Shown here one piece after another: positions 41,990 to 51,965 of a stretch of 52,492 nt of DNA (within the stretch, counting starts at the first letter, position 1; every line of letters begins with the position of its first letter). Source of the stretch: Fidelibacterota bacterium (lineage in GTDB: Bacteria; Fidelibacterota; Marinisomatia; Marinisomatales; Marinisomataceae). Where the stretch lies: NCBI GenBank assembly GCA_038280095.1, contig JAYPYG010000005.1, positions 10,346 to 62,837 on the forward strand. The letters are read 5' to 3'. The notes under the pieces are model-generated. The model was not told the DNA's origin. It searched no databases and saw only the letters and a program-made list of their open reading frames with translations. A program made the translations under genes and the position numbers.

Positions 41990-42951
41990 ATAACTCTCCT
42001 GAAATAATATGATCTTAAAATTTCATGAATTATAAGTAAGAAAAATCCAATAGAAAGAAACCAAATATAGATTTCTTGATAACTTGAAAAATAACTTACA
42101 GTAATTTCGGATTTTTCTAAATTATCAATTTCTGAATAGATTCCGGACAAGCTTTCTTTATCTGTAGCCCTAAAATATTTTGCATTTGTTACCTCAGCTA
42201 TTCCTTTTAAGGTTTCTTCATCAATTTCATTTCTAACAAATCCTCTTCCAGGTATTTGAGTGATAGATTGGTTGGTTCCTGCTCCGATTGTATAAACTTT
42301 GATATTATATTCTTTTGCAATTTTTGCTGCTGAAATTGGGTCAATTGAACCTACATTATTGCTTCCATCCGAAAGCAAAATAATTACCTTACTTTCTGAA
42401 TCACTGTTTCTGAGCCTATTTACTCCATTTGCAATAGCAACACCTATTGCTGTTCCATCATATTTGGGTTCCATAACAGTAACTTCAGACAATAAATTAT
42501 TTAAAACACTATAGTCAATTGTTAATGGGCATTGTATAAAAGTATCCTTACCAAAAACTAATAAACCAATTCTATCACCGTTTCTATTTTCAATAAATTC
42601 TTTCGCAGCATCTTTAACAGCTTCCAATCTATTTGGCTTAAAATCATCTGCAAGCATACTACTGCTTGTATCTAATACAAGAACGATGTCTACAACCTCT
42701 ACTGTTATATCTTTATCAACAGAGGATATTCTAGGTCTTGCTAAACCTATTATGATAGAAACTAATGCAATAATAAAGAGAGAATTAATTAAAAATACTT
42801 TAACCTTACCCTGATATCCGAAGAAATTCTTAAGACTGTTAAAATTTGAAACTTGAATAGATGTAGATTTTTTGAAAAAAAATTTTTTAAAAATAATTAA
42901 AACCAAAAACAATGGTATTATAAATAAAAAATTTGGGTATAAAAATTCCAT
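41986..42951 (-). CDS. batA: BatA VWA-domain membrane protein
   Basis: LARP, MIDAS DTSSSM, PNRL, DGTAIG, LLSDGSNN, IDEETL, YFRA. Confidence 0.9.
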   Translation of the reverse strand: MEFLYPNFLFIIPLFLVLIIFKKFFFKKSTSIQVSNFNSLKNFFGYQGKVKVFLINSLFIIALVSIIIGLARPRISSVDKDITVEVVDIVLVLDTSSSMLADDFKPNRLEAVKDAAKEFIENRNGDRIGLLVFGKDTFIQCPLTIDYSVLNNLLSEVTVMEPKYDGTAIGVAIANGVNRLRNSDSESKVIILLSDGSNNVGSIDPISAAKIAKEYNIKVYTIGAGTNQSITQIPGRGFVRNEIDEETLKGIAEVTNAKYFRATDKESLSGIYSEIDNLEKSEITVSYFSSYQEIYIWFLSIGFFLLIIHEILRSYYFRRVI

Positions 42952-44312
42952 TAATTTGCTTCAAAAATTTCCTCTTCACCTAATATATGAGCTAAACTGA
43001 ATAAAGTTTCCTCTTTAAAAGAATTAGAAACTAATTGAAGTCCAATTGGAAGATTGTCAGATGAAAACCCTGCAGGAATATTTAACGAAGCTATTCCAGC
43101 TAAATTTATGGGAACAGTAAACATATCAGATAAATACATTTTCAATGGATCTTCTAAATTGTTTTTAAGTTTGAATGGTAATTCAGGAGTAGTAGGTATT
43201 AATAAATTTTCACATTTATTAAATAATTCTGAATAACCATTTTTTATTAATCTTCTTACTTTTAAAGCTTTAGAAAAGTATGCATCATAATACCCTGAGG
43301 AGAGAACATAAGTTCCAGTCATAATTCTTCTTTTTACCTCGTCTGAAAATCCTTTTGACCTAGTTTCAATATAAAGCTCTGAGAGGTCTTTTGTACTAGC
43401 TCTGTTGCCGTACCTTACTCCATCAAATCTTGATAAATTTGAGGAAGCTTCGGCCATAGTTAAAACATAATATGCAGGTATACAGTGATTAAAATAAGGT
43501 AACTCAATTTCAATGATTTTTACTTTTTTTGACTTAAAGTAATCAACTAACAGGCGATATTTTCCTGCTATTTCAACATTTATATTTTTTAAAATGTTAT
43601 CAGAAACTACTCCGACTGATTTAGGAAGTTTTGAGTTTTCGAAAGATGGATTTTTTGGAACGTTAATATCTACGCTAGTTGAATCTTTATTATCTTGACC
43701 TGAAATTGCACAAAAAGTTTTATAAATATCTAGAATAGATTTAGACATTATACCTATTGTATCGAAAGATGATGCATGAGCTACTAAGCCGTATCTGGAA
43801 ATTCTTCCATAAGATGGCTTTAAACCATAAATACCACAAAATGCAGCTGGCTGTCTTATCGAACCACCTGTATCAGAACCCAAAGCAATATCTGAGATAC
43901 ATTCAGCAATCGCTGCTGCGGAACCGCCGCTAGAACCACCTGCAACTAAATTATGGTCGTAAGGATTTCTAACAGATCCATAAATCGAGAATTCAGAGGA
44001 TGAACCCATTGCAAACTCATCACAATTAGTTTGACCAATGATAACACCTCCTTCAAGTTCAATTTTATCAATTACTGTTGCATTATATGGAGAAATATAT
44101 GATTCTAGTATACTTGATGCGCAGGTTAAAGGCTCATCCTTGATTGCAATATTATCTTTTATTAGAAATGTTTTATCTTTTAAAAGACCTTCTCTACTTT
44201 TTTTTAAATCAATACGTTTAATACGATTTCTTATAACAGAATTTGTCTTGCTAGCAGAAATCTTATCTTTAACAATAAGTAATTTCTGCTCTAAAGAATT
44301 AGATGGATTCAT
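42951..44312 (-). CDS. gatA: Asp/Glu-tRNA amidotransferase subunit A
   Basis: IKDNI, DEFAMGSS, GGSSGGS, SDTGGSIRQPA, SNLSRFDGVRYG, EVKRRI, GYYDAY. Confidence 0.96.
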   Translation of the reverse strand: MNPSNSLEQKLLIVKDKISASKTNSVIRNRIKRIDLKKSREGLLKDKTFLIKDNIAIKDEPLTCASSILESYISPYNATVIDKIELEGGVIIGQTNCDEFAMGSSSEFSIYGSVRNPYDHNLVAGGSSGGSAAAIAECISDIALGSDTGGSIRQPAAFCGIYGLKPSYGRISRYGLVAHASSFDTIGIMSKSILDIYKTFCAISGQDNKDSTSVDINVPKNPSFENSKLPKSVGVVSDNILKNINVEIAGKYRLLVDYFKSKKVKIIEIELPYFNHCIPAYYVLTMAEASSNLSRFDGVRYGNRASTKDLSELYIETRSKGFSDEVKRRIMTGTYVLSSGYYDAYFSKALKVRRLIKNGYSELFNKCENLLIPTTPELPFKLKNNLEDPLKMYLSDMFTVPINLAGIASLNIPAGFSSDNLPIGLQLVSNSFKEETLFSLAHILGEEEIFEAN

Positions 44313-44318
44313 CTAAAT

Positions 44319-44495
44319 TTATTTATCGGAATTTTCTGATTTTTTAATTTCTTCCTTTGTATCATCTAGAGCACCACGAAACTCTCTTAAAGAATTTGCG
44401 AAACCTTTAGCAATGCCAGGAAGTCTTTTACCGCCAAAAAGAAGTAAAAGTATTAAAAAAATTAAAACTAATTCACCAGTACCTAAATTGAACAT
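44319..44495 (-). CDS. tatA: Twin-arginine translocase TatA/E subunit, 58 aa
   Basis: Manual translation MFNLGTGELVLIFLILLLLFGGKRLPGIAKGFANSLREFRGALDD...; GAGGT SD; not in ORF track. Confidence 0.93.
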   Translation of the reverse strand: MFNLGTGELVLIFLILLLLFGGKRLPGIAKGFANSLREFRGALDDTKEEIKKSENSDK

Positions 44496-44509
44496 ACAAA
44501 CCTCATAAT

Positions 44510-44788
44510 TTATCTAAAGTATTTTAATAAATAATATGCAATGCCGAAACCAATAATACTACAAACATTAAATTTTAAAATAAAACCAAAATCTATAACA
44601 ATTACACCGAGATCAATAAGGTAATTACTATTCATTGATCCAAAAGTAAAATCATAAGAAATTAGAAAAAATTGTTTTACTGCACTACCGTCCGGCAATA
44701 AAAAAGCAAGAATATTTCCAACAAAAGTTCCTATTAAAGCTCCTGCACAAAGACCCAAAATAATAAGTTTTATACTTCTTCTATTCAT
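44510..44788 (-). CDS. Small membrane protein, DUF4321-like
   Basis: N-terminal TM (GALIG..VG), IDLGVI..FG..LKFN..SIIG pattern recalled from DUF4321. Confidence 0.6.
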   Translation of the reverse strand: MNRRSIKLIILGLCAGALIGTFVGNILAFLLPDGSAVKQFFLISYDFTFGSMNSNYLIDLGVIVIDFGFILKFNVCSIIGFGIAYYLLKYFR

Positions 44789-45888
44789 ACTTCGCCCAAT
44801 GTAAATTTTACATCCTTAAAATTATCTTCTCTAAGAACTGTTAATGTAATTTCGTCTCCAGCTCTGAAGTCTAATTTAACTAAAACTGCTTTAATTTCCT
44901 CAAATGATTCAATTTTATATCCTTCTATTGCAACTATAATATCTCCCCTCTTCAAGTCTTCGTTTATTGCGGTCGAATTGTAATCTACTTTATCAATAAA
45001 TAAACCAATTTGATCTTTTGCTGGACCGTATAAATACTGTCTGGCATTAACTCCAAAAGAAACTCTTCTATCAATGACTCCTTTGAGCTTTAATTCATTT
45101 GCTATTTTTTTTGCAAAATTTATTGGAATGGCAAATCCTAAATTCTGCGAATCAGCTCTTGTAAAAGTATTAATTCCTATGACATTACCATTTGAATCGA
45201 TTAATGGGCCACCACTATTTCCAGGGTTTAACGATGCATCGGTCTGGATCATATTATCCAATAGTTTTACATCAGGAAGTAAATTTCCTTTAGAGTCCAG
45301 CAATCTTCCTGAAGCTGAATCAATGCTAAAATCTACATTAACTGCACTAATAATTCCCGCAGATGCAATTGGTTGATACTGATCATTTGAAATGAGATTT
45401 CTTGGGTTACCTAACGCTATTGCCCATTCGCCAACTCTAACTTTATCAGAATCTCCTAAGCTACAATATTTAAAATTTTGTCCTTCAATTTTTAATAAAG
45501 CAATATCTGTAACAGTATCTAATCCAACTATTTCTGCATCATATGCCTCTCCCCCTGGAATAACAACCCTAACCTTAATATCTGTTGTTATTACTGTAGG
45601 TTGCTTAAAGCTATCTCGAATATTGTGTGCATTTGTAATTATATATCCATCTTCACTAACAAGAAACCCTGAACCATTTGAAGATATCGGTTTTAAACTT
45701 CTATAGCCCCCCCAAACTCGTTGGACTCTTTCTTGACTTCTGTATATTCCTACAACTCCAGCACTTGCTAATTCAATAGCATTAGAAATTGCAGTAGACT
45801 TAGAAGATGATATTTGAAAGTCTTCTTTTTTTGGATTATTGCACCCTGTAAATAAAAAAATAATTAAAATAATATACTTAATTCTCAT
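44785..45888 (-). CDS. HtrA/DegP-family S1C serine protease, lipoprotein, single PDZ
   Basis: Lipobox FTG-C; triad TNAH, DIALLK, GNSGGP; IQTDA; one PDZ (L.RGDII). Confidence 0.93.
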   Translation of the reverse strand: MRIKYIILIIFLFTGCNNPKKEDFQISSSKSTAISNAIELASAGVVGIYRSQERVQRVWGGYRSLKPISSNGSGFLVSEDGYIITNAHNIRDSFKQPTVITTDIKVRVVIPGGEAYDAEIVGLDTVTDIALLKIEGQNFKYCSLGDSDKVRVGEWAIALGNPRNLISNDQYQPIASAGIISAVNVDFSIDSASGRLLDSKGNLLPDVKLLDNMIQTDASLNPGNSGGPLIDSNGNVIGINTFTRADSQNLGFAIPINFAKKIANELKLKGVIDRRVSFGVNARQYLYGPAKDQIGLFIDKVDYNSTAINEDLKRGDIIVAIEGYKIESFEEIKAVLVKLDFRAGDEITLTVLREDNFKDVKFTLGEV

Positions 45889-46618
45889 AAAAAATTTCCT
45901 TTAAAACTAAACCATTAGAAGGAGCTTTAAATATTTTTGCATCTTTAATAGGCTTATTTAACAAAGTCCTAAAATCATCAATTGAAATTTTATTTTGACT
46001 AACAGCAATCATGCTTCCAACTAAATACCTTACCATATGATGTAAAAATCTATTTCCATGAATAATATATAATAGTTTTTCATGATTTTTATCATCAAAA
46101 ACCCATTTTGAAGCAAATATTTCACAATCATTATTTTGTTTGTTAGAAAATTTTGAAAAAGATAAAAAATTGTGCTTACCTTTAATTATTTTTGATACTT
46201 CCATTAATAATTTGATATCAATATTCTTTACATGATAATGATCTTTCAAATAAAGAGGATTATCACTCAAACAACATAAATAATTATACTCTTTACCCTT
46301 TGCATCAAACCTACTGTGAAAACTTTCTTCAATTTTTGATAAATGGGATATTCTTATTTCTTTATCAAGTCTGGCATTTATTGCTCGATGAAGCTCTTTA
46401 TCTGTTAACTTAGAAACTAAATCAAAATGAGCAACTTGACCTAATGCGTGCACTCCAGCATCGGTTCTACTTGCACCATAAATTTTAACTTTTTTATTAT
46501 TATTTAAGACAAATATTGAAGATTCAATTTTATCTTGGATTCCGCTTAAATTTTTTTGTGACTGAAAGCCTGAAAAGTTAGTACCATCATATTGAATTAT
46601 AATTTTATATCTACTCAT
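45878..46618 (-). CDS. truA: tRNA pseudouridine(38-40) synthase
   Basis: YDGTNFSGFQ, SRTDAGVHA, FHSRFDA, FLHHMVR. Confidence 0.97.
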   Translation of the reverse strand: MSRYKIIIQYDGTNFSGFQSQKNLSGIQDKIESSIFVLNNNKKVKIYGASRTDAGVHALGQVAHFDLVSKLTDKELHRAINARLDKEIRISHLSKIEESFHSRFDAKGKEYNYLCCLSDNPLYLKDHYHVKNIDIKLLMEVSKIIKGKHNFLSFSKFSNKQNNDCEIFASKWVFDDKNHEKLLYIIHGNRFLHHMVRYLVGSMIAVSQNKISIDDFRTLLNKPIKDAKIFKAPSNGLVLKEIFYEN

Positions 46619-48003
46619 TTAAGCTTAATAATTTTATTATATACATTTCTATCATCAATTTCTGACCTAAATAAAACTTCACCAGAAGGCAAAATAATAC
46701 CAGATATTCCATTATTAGCGCTTTGAACGACCGGTACTCCTAATTCTATTGAACGCAATTTCGCATGTTCAAAATGCTGATATGGCATAGCTTTACCAAC
46801 ATAAGAGTCATTAGTTATAACAAAAATTATTTCAGCTCCTCTGTTCACCATTTTTTTTGCAATTTTGAAGCTGCTAGAATCATAACAAATTAAAATAGAT
46901 GATTTAATATCTCCAATTTGAAATGTATTAAAGCTTTCTCCTGGAGTAAAACTTCCCATATCATCAAACTGATTTATTTTTGATAACCAGTTTTTAAAAA
47001 AAGGTACATATTCTGCAAATGGAACCAAAAAGATTTTTTGATAAGTATCATAGAATCCATCTGATCTTAAAAAAATCGCACTATTATAAACTTTAAGCTC
47101 ATTTTTCAAATACATTCTTTGAGGAATGCCAGTGATAAGAACTGAATCTGAAATTTTTTCCTGCAGTTTAATTCTTTCCTTTGAGTCAGGAACAGCTAAG
47201 AATGTTGTTAAAGCAGCTTCAGGCCAAACAATGACATCTGGATTTGATTCCAAAGATTCCTCTAAAAGATTATTCATTATATTTTCGTTTCTATTTTTTA
47301 ATTTTGGATTCCATTTTTCATCTGGATAAATCACAGGCTGTCCAATTGAAACATTAATCTGTTTTTGAAAATTTGTTGAATTATAATTTGATATTAATAT
47401 TTGACCAATTATAGCGTTTATAATTATGACTGACATAAAACTATAAATATATTTTTTTTGTTTTAATGAAATAAACTTATAAAAAAGAATATTCAGCAGG
47501 ACAATAATAAATAAAGATAGATCTTCATGAATACTTACAATTTGAATCAATCTATCGTACCCTGTTTGACTAAGAGAAAAATTCAACCAAGGGGCAGCCA
47601 AGGGGCCGATATCTCTTAAATTTTCAATTAAAACCCAAATGAAAGGAATTAATAATAACTGAATTTTGTCTGATAATTTTCTTTTCTTAAAAAACTGTAG
47701 TATCAAACAAAATAAAACCCAATAAAATGAATAAAAAATACATATGGCTAAATAAGAAATAATTGCAACTTGGACACTAGTTCCGGAATTTAAAGCTACC
47801 CAGTGTGTTATTATCGCATAGCTAGTAAAACCTGCTATGTAGAAAAATATTATTTTTTCCGAAAGCTTAATTGATTTATCAAAAATAAAAAATAGTGGAA
47901 TCAAAAAAAACCAAGCTAAAAAACCCAAATGAAAAGGTGGAAATGAAAGACCTAGCATTAGTCCACTCATCAAAGAAAACATTAAATTTTTTTTAGCTAT
48001 CAA
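46615..48003 (-). CDS. lnt: Apolipoprotein N-acyltransferase
   Basis: TM domain plus nitrilase triad WPE, K..LVPFAEYVP, ICYD; TND, ANNGIS. Confidence 0.92.
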   Translation of the reverse strand: MIAKKNLMFSLMSGLMLGLSFPPFHLGFLAWFFLIPLFFIFDKSIKLSEKIIFFYIAGFTSYAIITHWVALNSGTSVQVAIISYLAICIFYSFYWVLFCLILQFFKKRKLSDKIQLLLIPFIWVLIENLRDIGPLAAPWLNFSLSQTGYDRLIQIVSIHEDLSLFIIVLLNILFYKFISLKQKKYIYSFMSVIIINAIIGQILISNYNSTNFQKQINVSIGQPVIYPDEKWNPKLKNRNENIMNNLLEESLESNPDVIVWPEAALTTFLAVPDSKERIKLQEKISDSVLITGIPQRMYLKNELKVYNSAIFLRSDGFYDTYQKIFLVPFAEYVPFFKNWLSKINQFDDMGSFTPGESFNTFQIGDIKSSILICYDSSSFKIAKKMVNRGAEIIFVITNDSYVGKAMPYQHFEHAKLRSIELGVPVVQSANNGISGIILPSGEVLFRSEIDDRNVYNKIIKLK

Positions 48004-48416
48004 AAGGAACCTTTATCTAAAAATGATTGCAATATTATTGTTGATGAAATTAAATCTATATGCTCTTTATTTTTTCCAGTCTTAATGTTCTGTTCATGCA
48101 TAATTTTTTTTGCAGATTCACTCGAAAGTCTTTCATCCTGAAGAAAAACATTAAAATTTAAATTTTTAAGCTCTTGAAAAAAATCATCGACCAATTTTGT
48201 CATTTCATTTTTTTTATTATTCATATTTAGCGGATAACCAATTACAAAAGATTTAACATTATTTTCCATTGCAATTTCTTGTAGCTTACTTAAAAGTTCT
48301 TCCCTTTTTTTATATTTAATTACTTTAAGTGGAATTGAAATAATCTTCAATGGATCTGAAATTGATAATCCTACTTTGGAAAGACCAAAATCTATACCTA
48401 TCAATCTATCAGTCAT
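48000..48416 (-). CDS. ruvX: YqgF/RuvX pre-16S rRNA nuclease (start moved to MTDR)
   Basis: GIDFG..KVG.S.SD, VIGYP, DERLSS, D...S..ILQSFL. Confidence 0.93.
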   Translation of the reverse strand: MTDRLIGIDFGLSKVGLSISDPLKIISIPLKVIKYKKREELLSKLQEIAMENNVKSFVIGYPLNMNNKKNEMTKLVDDFFQELKNLNFNVFLQDERLSSESAKKIMHEQNIKTGKNKEHIDLISSTIILQSFLDKGSF

Positions 48417-50571
48417 GTACACGCTCAACTGAGTCAACATTTTTTAGTTTTTGAATGTCTTTTATGACAGAATTAAGCTTTGCTCTACTTTGAACTTTAC
48501 AAATTATCCATATATTTGCAATACCACCTTCAGTTACATCAGTTGATACATCAAGCATGTTTACATTATTCTTTGAAATAATATTTGCGATTTCATTTAA
48601 CATTCCAGCAGTATCAATGCAAGTTATATGAATTTTTGAACGAAAAGCTAAATTTTCTTTAGCATTCCAATTAACAGATACTAACCTGTCTTGCTTGGAA
48701 GACAGGGAAGATAAATTTGTGCAAGATAATTCATGTACAATTAGTCCTCTTCCTCTTGAAATATAACCTATAACATCATCTCCAGGTATTGGATTACAAC
48801 ATTTACCATAACTAACAACTAAGTTCTTTAAACCATCTAAATTAATTCCATCAACATCTGATCTTGCTGTGTCTACAAACTCAGTTTGATCAATTTCTTT
48901 TGATAAATTTTTCTCTAAATCAGGGAAAATTTTTGGAATCACGTCTTTAATAATTACTCCTCCTCTACCTATATCAGAAAGCATATTATTCAAAGTTTTA
49001 AAACCTGCTAACGCATACCCCTTTTTAACCTCATTCAACCTATCTAAAATCTTTAATTTTCTTAAGGATTTCTCTAAAATCTCGTTTCCAATCTTAATAC
49101 TTTCTTCAAGTTCAATTTTCCTCAAATATTTAGATATTTCATGTTTTGCTCTTGAGGTTTTGACAAACTTTAGCCATCCACTGTTTGGAGTTTGATTTTT
49201 ATTTGTTTCTATCTCAACTATATCTCCACTTTTTAAGCTGTAACTTAGAGGAACCAACTTTTTGTTAACTTTTGATCTAACTGTTGTAAAACCAAGACCT
49301 CCATGTATTGCAAATGCAAAATCTAATGGAGTTGAATTTACAGGGAGTTTTATCAAGTCCCCTCTGGGCGTAAAGACAAATATTTCGTCTTCAAACATAT
49401 CTATTTTTAATAAATCCATTAATTCTTCAGGTTCTGAACTATCACTATTAAGCATAGATAATAAATCTCTCAACCATGACACTTGTGTATCAAATTCTTC
49501 CATCTCATCATTGCCCTTATAAAGCCAATGTGCAGCAACACCTACTTCAGCAGTACAATCCATATCCTTTGTTCTAATCTGAAATTCTGTCAGCCTATTA
49601 TCTTTAGTTAAAACTGTTGTATGAATTGATTGGTATCCATTGGTTTTTGGAGTTGCTATAAAATCTTTGAATCGATCTTGTAATGGAGGATAAATACTAT
49701 GTATTACACCAAGAGCAAGATAACATTCCTCAATTTTATCAACTACGATTCTTATTGCATACAAGTCATAGATATCTTCAAACTTTTTTCCTGTATTTTC
49801 AATTTTTCTATGAATGGATGAAATCGATTTATATCTACCAAAAATATTAGATTTAATTTTATAAGAACTTAGTTCAGACTTAATTGGTCTTATTGCATTA
49901 GTTAAAATATCCTCATTTAATCTAGTTGAGGTCTCAATTTTCTTTTTAATACTATTAAAGGCTCTTAAATCTAAACATTTTAATGACAAATCTTCTAATT
50001 GCCATTTTAACTTTGCCATTCCCAATCTATGCGCTAAAGGCACAAATATTTCTTTTGTTTCTAATGCAATTTCTTTTCTTTTATTTGAAGATAAATATTG
50101 AATTGTTTCCATATTGTTTAGTCTATCTGCAAACTTTATAATAATTACTCTCAAATCTCTTGCAAGAGAAAGAAATAATTTGGTGAAATTTTCTGCTTGT
50201 TTATGCTCTTTAGATCTAAAAGCAATATTTTCAACCTTTGTAACACCATCAACAAGAGAAGCAACGTCAGAACCGAACTCTTCTTCAATATCAGATAATT
50301 TTACTTCAGTATCTTCAACAACATCGTGCAATAGAGCACTTACAACAGTTGTATGATCCATATTCCAATCAATTAAAATGTTAGCAACATCAATACAGTG
50401 ACTTACAAAAGGAAGTCCAGACTTTCTTACTTGACCCTCGTGCATTTTAATAGAATATTCAAGTGCATTTTCAACTTGCTTTCTGTTTTTTTTTGCAGTA
50501 ATTCTTTTTAGAAGAGCTTTACTTTTATTAGCAATAACCTCGTCATTATTTTTAATAACATTACTGCTCAT
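48409..50571 (-). CDS. rel: Bifunctional (p)ppGpp synthetase/hydrolase, long RSH
   Basis: HD motif ALLHDVVED, RFKD (RxKD), NGYQSIHT, TGS, CC zinc finger (CC..H..C), ACT. Confidence 0.96.
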   Translation of the reverse strand: MSSNVIKNNDEVIANKSKALLKRITAKKNRKQVENALEYSIKMHEGQVRKSGLPFVSHCIDVANILIDWNMDHTTVVSALLHDVVEDTEVKLSDIEEEFGSDVASLVDGVTKVENIAFRSKEHKQAENFTKLFLSLARDLRVIIIKFADRLNNMETIQYLSSNKRKEIALETKEIFVPLAHRLGMAKLKWQLEDLSLKCLDLRAFNSIKKKIETSTRLNEDILTNAIRPIKSELSSYKIKSNIFGRYKSISSIHRKIENTGKKFEDIYDLYAIRIVVDKIEECYLALGVIHSIYPPLQDRFKDFIATPKTNGYQSIHTTVLTKDNRLTEFQIRTKDMDCTAEVGVAAHWLYKGNDEMEEFDTQVSWLRDLLSMLNSDSSEPEELMDLLKIDMFEDEIFVFTPRGDLIKLPVNSTPLDFAFAIHGGLGFTTVRSKVNKKLVPLSYSLKSGDIVEIETNKNQTPNSGWLKFVKTSRAKHEISKYLRKIELEESIKIGNEILEKSLRKLKILDRLNEVKKGYALAGFKTLNNMLSDIGRGGVIIKDVIPKIFPDLEKNLSKEIDQTEFVDTARSDVDGINLDGLKNLVVSYGKCCNPIPGDDVIGYISRGRGLIVHELSCTNLSSLSSKQDRLVSVNWNAKENLAFRSKIHITCIDTAGMLNEIANIISKNNVNMLDVSTDVTEGGIANIWIICKVQSRAKLNSVIKDIQKLKNVDSVERVHD

Positions 50572-50574
50572 ATT

Positions 50575-51918
50575 TTAAAACTCTTGATGATTATCAAATC
50601 TTGCATACGTATCTATAAACGTTGCAGTGACTCTTCCAGTTGGACCATTTCTTTGTTTTGCTACAATTAAATAAGCAAGACCTTTCAAATCTTGATCTTC
50701 TTTATCATATACTGCTGGTCTGTAAAGGAATATTACTACATCAGCATCTTGTTCAATTGCACCACTTTCTCTTAAATCTGAAAGCATTGGCTCTTTTTTA
50801 GTTCTTTGCTCAACTGCTCTAGAAAGCTGTGAAAGTGCAATTACTGGAATGTCTAATTCTTTAGCTAAAGCTTTAAGAGATTGAGTAATTTGTGAAATTT
50901 CATTCTGTCTATTTTCAGAATTTTTTGGACCTTGCATTAGCTGTAAGTAATCAACAATAAGCAGTTCGATATTTCTTTCTCTTTTTAATCTTCTAGCTCT
51001 TGATCTTAGATCTAATATTGACAATGCAGGTGTATCATCTATGTAAAGAGGAGCTTGAGCAAGTTTTCCTGAAGCAATATTAATATTTTTCCATTTTATA
51101 TTTGGACTTCCTCTTCTAACAAGAGCATTATCTACTCTAGCTTCAGACGTTAATAATCTTTGTCCAAGTTGATCACTTGACATTTCTAAACTAAATATTG
51201 CAGTTGCAGATTTATTTTCAATAGCTGCATTTCTTGCAATAGTCAATGCCAAAGCAGTTTTTCCCATAGATGGCCTTCCTGCCAAAATAATTAAATCACC
51301 GTTCTGAAATCCTGCTGTCAACTTGTCTAAATCAATAATGCCTGAAGGAACTCCGATAATTGAGCCTGGGTTTGCCGCAATATCTTCCATTCTCTTGACT
51401 GTGCTTGAAAGAATTGGTTCAATGTGTTGATAAATTTTTGAATCTTTCTGTTCCGTTAAACTAAAAATTGACTGTTCAGCTTCATCTAAAATTGATCCAA
51501 CAGAATCTCCAGCATCTAAAGCTTTTTTAGAAATTTCATGTGAAGTAGTAATCAAGTCTCTTAACATACCCTTTTCTTTGACGATTTCAGCATAAGTTTC
51601 GACTCTTGCAGACGTTGGCACTTTATCAACTAAACCTGTTAAATAATAAATTCCTCCGACTGATTTCAAGTTTTTACCTTTTTTTAGTTCATCAGATACA
51701 GAAACTGTATCAATAGGGTCGCTATTATTCATTAAAACGAGCATAGCTTCAAAGATTTTTTTATGAGAATCTTTATAGAAATAATGACTTGAACCTAAGA
51801 TGCTTATAGCCTTATTTGCAGCATCCTCATCTATCATCATTGATCCTAATACTGCTTCTTCAGCTTCAAGCGCTTGAGGTTGTAAATTTAAACCTTCAGT
51901 TTTTTTATTTTCGGCCAT
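50575..51918 (-). CDS. dnaB: Replicative DNA helicase
   Basis: AEEAVLG, GRPSMGKT, FSLEMS, DYLQL, SDLRESGAIEQDAD, KQRNGPTG; no intein. Confidence 0.98.
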   Translation of the reverse strand: MAENKKTEGLNLQPQALEAEEAVLGSMMIDEDAANKAISILGSSHYFYKDSHKKIFEAMLVLMNNSDPIDTVSVSDELKKGKNLKSVGGIYYLTGLVDKVPTSARVETYAEIVKEKGMLRDLITTSHEISKKALDAGDSVGSILDEAEQSIFSLTEQKDSKIYQHIEPILSSTVKRMEDIAANPGSIIGVPSGIIDLDKLTAGFQNGDLIILAGRPSMGKTALALTIARNAAIENKSATAIFSLEMSSDQLGQRLLTSEARVDNALVRRGSPNIKWKNINIASGKLAQAPLYIDDTPALSILDLRSRARRLKRERNIELLIVDYLQLMQGPKNSENRQNEISQITQSLKALAKELDIPVIALSQLSRAVEQRTKKEPMLSDLRESGAIEQDADVVIFLYRPAVYDKEDQDLKGLAYLIVAKQRNGPTGRVTATFIDTYARFDNHQEF

Positions 51919-51924
51919 TTTTAT

Positions 51925-51933
51925 TTATCCACA
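51925..51933 (+). promoter_or_regulatory. Consensus DnaA box TTATCCACA overlapping the dnaB RBS
   Basis: Exact 9-mer, 6 nt upstream of the dnaB ATG; function not shown. Confidence 0.55.
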
Positions 51934-51965
51934 CTCTTTCAACATTTGAAATTTTATATTTTAAT

